A stretch of DNA of 63,856 bases, counting the filler, from Octopus bimaculoides (taxonomy: Eukaryota), in the NCBI RefSeq assembly GCF_001194135.2. It is 7 parts of 7 records of this genome, joined end to end, with 100 filler letters (N's around TTAATTAATTAA, not from the genome) between each part and the next. Parts side by side here need not be neighbours in the genome. Positions count along the whole stretch, not along the records: positions 61,970 to 63,856 come from NC_069005.1; 6 more parts are not named here. One strand, written 5' to 3'. Shown here piece after piece: positions 62,530 through 63,856 of this stretch; positions within the stretch are counted from its first letter, which is position 1; every line of letters starts with the position of its first letter. The notes under the pieces are model-generated. The model was given only the letters and a program-made list of their open reading frames with translations, made no database searches and had not been told where the DNA came from. The translations under genes and the position numbers were made by a program.

Positions 62530-62935
62530 CCATTAATCTTAGCGAACCTACGGAGAGAAAACACCATAAACAATGGTTAATGTTTACTGTAACACCCACC
62601 CACCAAAACAAAATCAAAAGTGTAATCGAATATGAAAACAAAAATTTGCGCCAACGAAATGGGTGAGGGGACTTTCGGAAATTCACAAGATCCGATTTTT
62701 ACCCTCATAACTTTTAGGAAAATGGATATCTTTTAATGAAATTTTGTATAAATACCTTTCATTATAAAGATTACGATTATAAAGAAATTTGTGTGGAAAA
62801 TTTTTTCCAACAGGCGGTGGAAAGGACTCTCGAAGAGAATGAAATTCATAAATTATTTTTTTGCTTGAGCGTAATGGACTTTTTTCCATTATAATTTATG
62901 AAATTCTTTCTCTTTGAAAGTCCTTTCCACACCCC
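62530..62935. repeat. Unclassified DNA-transposon-like segment containing a 40-bp inverted repeat
   Basis: Arms 62817-62856 and 62891-62930 match at 36/40. Confidence 0.5.
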
Positions 62936-63225
62936 CATGCTCTTAACCACTATGCCATATGCCGCAGTGGTTAAGCGCATGGGCTACTAACCCCAAGATT
63001 CCAAGTTCGATTCCAAGCAGTGACTTGAATGATAATAATAATAACATCGAAAAATACCTTAGGAATGAGAACCCAGGTTCGAAATTTCCCCAAGACACCT
63101 GATGAAGGTTGGAGGGTACATCAGCCGAAACATTGTATTAACAACAAACAAGATGAGGACAAATATCCATCAAATGTAAATAATGTACATAATTCCTCAT
63201 CTCTTAAATATAGATCTGTATAACC
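62936..63225 (+). mobile_element. tRNA-headed SINE-like element (family E) containing a minimal hammerhead motif
   Basis: A-box-like GCAGTGG, anticodon-like GGG-CTACTAA-CCC, B box AGTTCGATTCC (63004-63014), short (TAA)n, then a hammerhead motif. An inverted copy of the head lies at 62936-62962. Confidence 0.75.
63094..63139 (+). ncRNA. Minimal type I hammerhead motif
   Basis: GACAC-CTGATGA-A-GGTTG-gagggtacat-CAGCC-GAAA-CA-TT-GTATT. The CUGAUGA/GAAA core is intact, helix II is 5 bp, and helix I has one mismatch. Confidence 0.7.
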
Positions 63226-63246
63226 TTTGTTTCAGAAAATAATAAT

Positions 63247-63856
63247 AGCAGACCCTCAGCTTACTCAAGAAACGAAGAGGCATGCTGTTATTATGGTTAT
63301 AAAGGCTGAGAATAGCGATTTAGATATATCTTGATTTTTAAAAGTTGTCAGATTTTTCGGCTACCTAGTTTGTAAGGAGCTAGAGACTGAAGATGGAAAC
63401 GTATCACCAGTATCATAGCATAAAAAGCATTCTAAACACTCTGAAATCATCAGAACACCTGAATTTATTCAGCAAGTTCAACAGACTATTGATTACAGTT
63501 CCAGAAAGTCAATGAGGTCAATTGCAAAAGATCTCCATGTGTCAGAAGGAACAGTCAGAAATGTTATCCATGAAGACATCAGATATAAGTCTTATATGAT
63601 GAGGAAAGGTCATTTTGTCCGAAAAAGCAAAAGAAAACCACTATATCAGATCTAAAAGGCTCTTAAACAAACTGAATAACCCAGCTGAAGATGATTTGAT
63701 TTGGTTTTTCTCAAACTAGAAAAACTTCGCCCAAGATCAAAAAGTTAACAGAAGAAATGACAGATGCTTATGTGCAGACCCTTCTGAAGTTCCAAGTTTT
63801 ATGCATACAAAATTTCCTGCAACTGTCATGGTTTTAGGGGTTGTCAGCAGTGGAGG
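63247..63856 (+). pseudogene. Tc1/mariner (maT-like) transposase, decayed, continues past the window end
   Basis: RTPEFIQQVQQTID..RKSMRSIAKDLHVSEGTVRNVIHEDIRYKSY (HTH), FFSN*KNF (first catalytic Asp region) and HTKFPATVMVLGVVSS. Confidence 0.85.

Noticed and set aside
1-63856. Genuine tRNA/rRNA genes or conserved bilaterian miRNAs
   Set aside because: All tRNA-like segments are SINE heads lacking a full cloverleaf. No rRNA or recalled miRNA mature sequence was seen by eye; a proper tRNAscan/Infernal run would be needed to exclude them.

Overview
AT-rich, microsatellite-saturated animal genomic DNA with many assembly gaps. The SINE families, repeat density and 100-bp N/TTAATTAATTAA/N spacers suggest an octopus assembly (inference). 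There is no complete host gene. Most of the window is decayed transposons: Penelope-like elements (RT and GIY-YIG), CR1- and RTE-type LINE fragments, three R4/Dong-clade RLE retrotransposon pieces, a Chapaev-like and a maT/Tc1-mariner transposase relic, piggyBac-type MITEs, a Helitron-like 3' end, and about five tRNA-derived SINE families. One plausible host exon carrying a start codon lies at 58360-58663 (+), so much of the window may be 5' intron or upstream DNA. The most notable signals are: (i) minimal hammerhead-ribozyme motifs, including a back-to-back overlapping pair at 21323-21409 and one inside a tRNA-headed SINE at 62936-63225; (ii) long fold-back hairpins at 27839-27996 and 51800-52099; (iii) R4/Dong fragments and head-to-tail SINE arrays clustered on (TAA)n tracts at 56053-58344. 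Repeat boundaries are approximate and family names come from motif recognition, not database searches.
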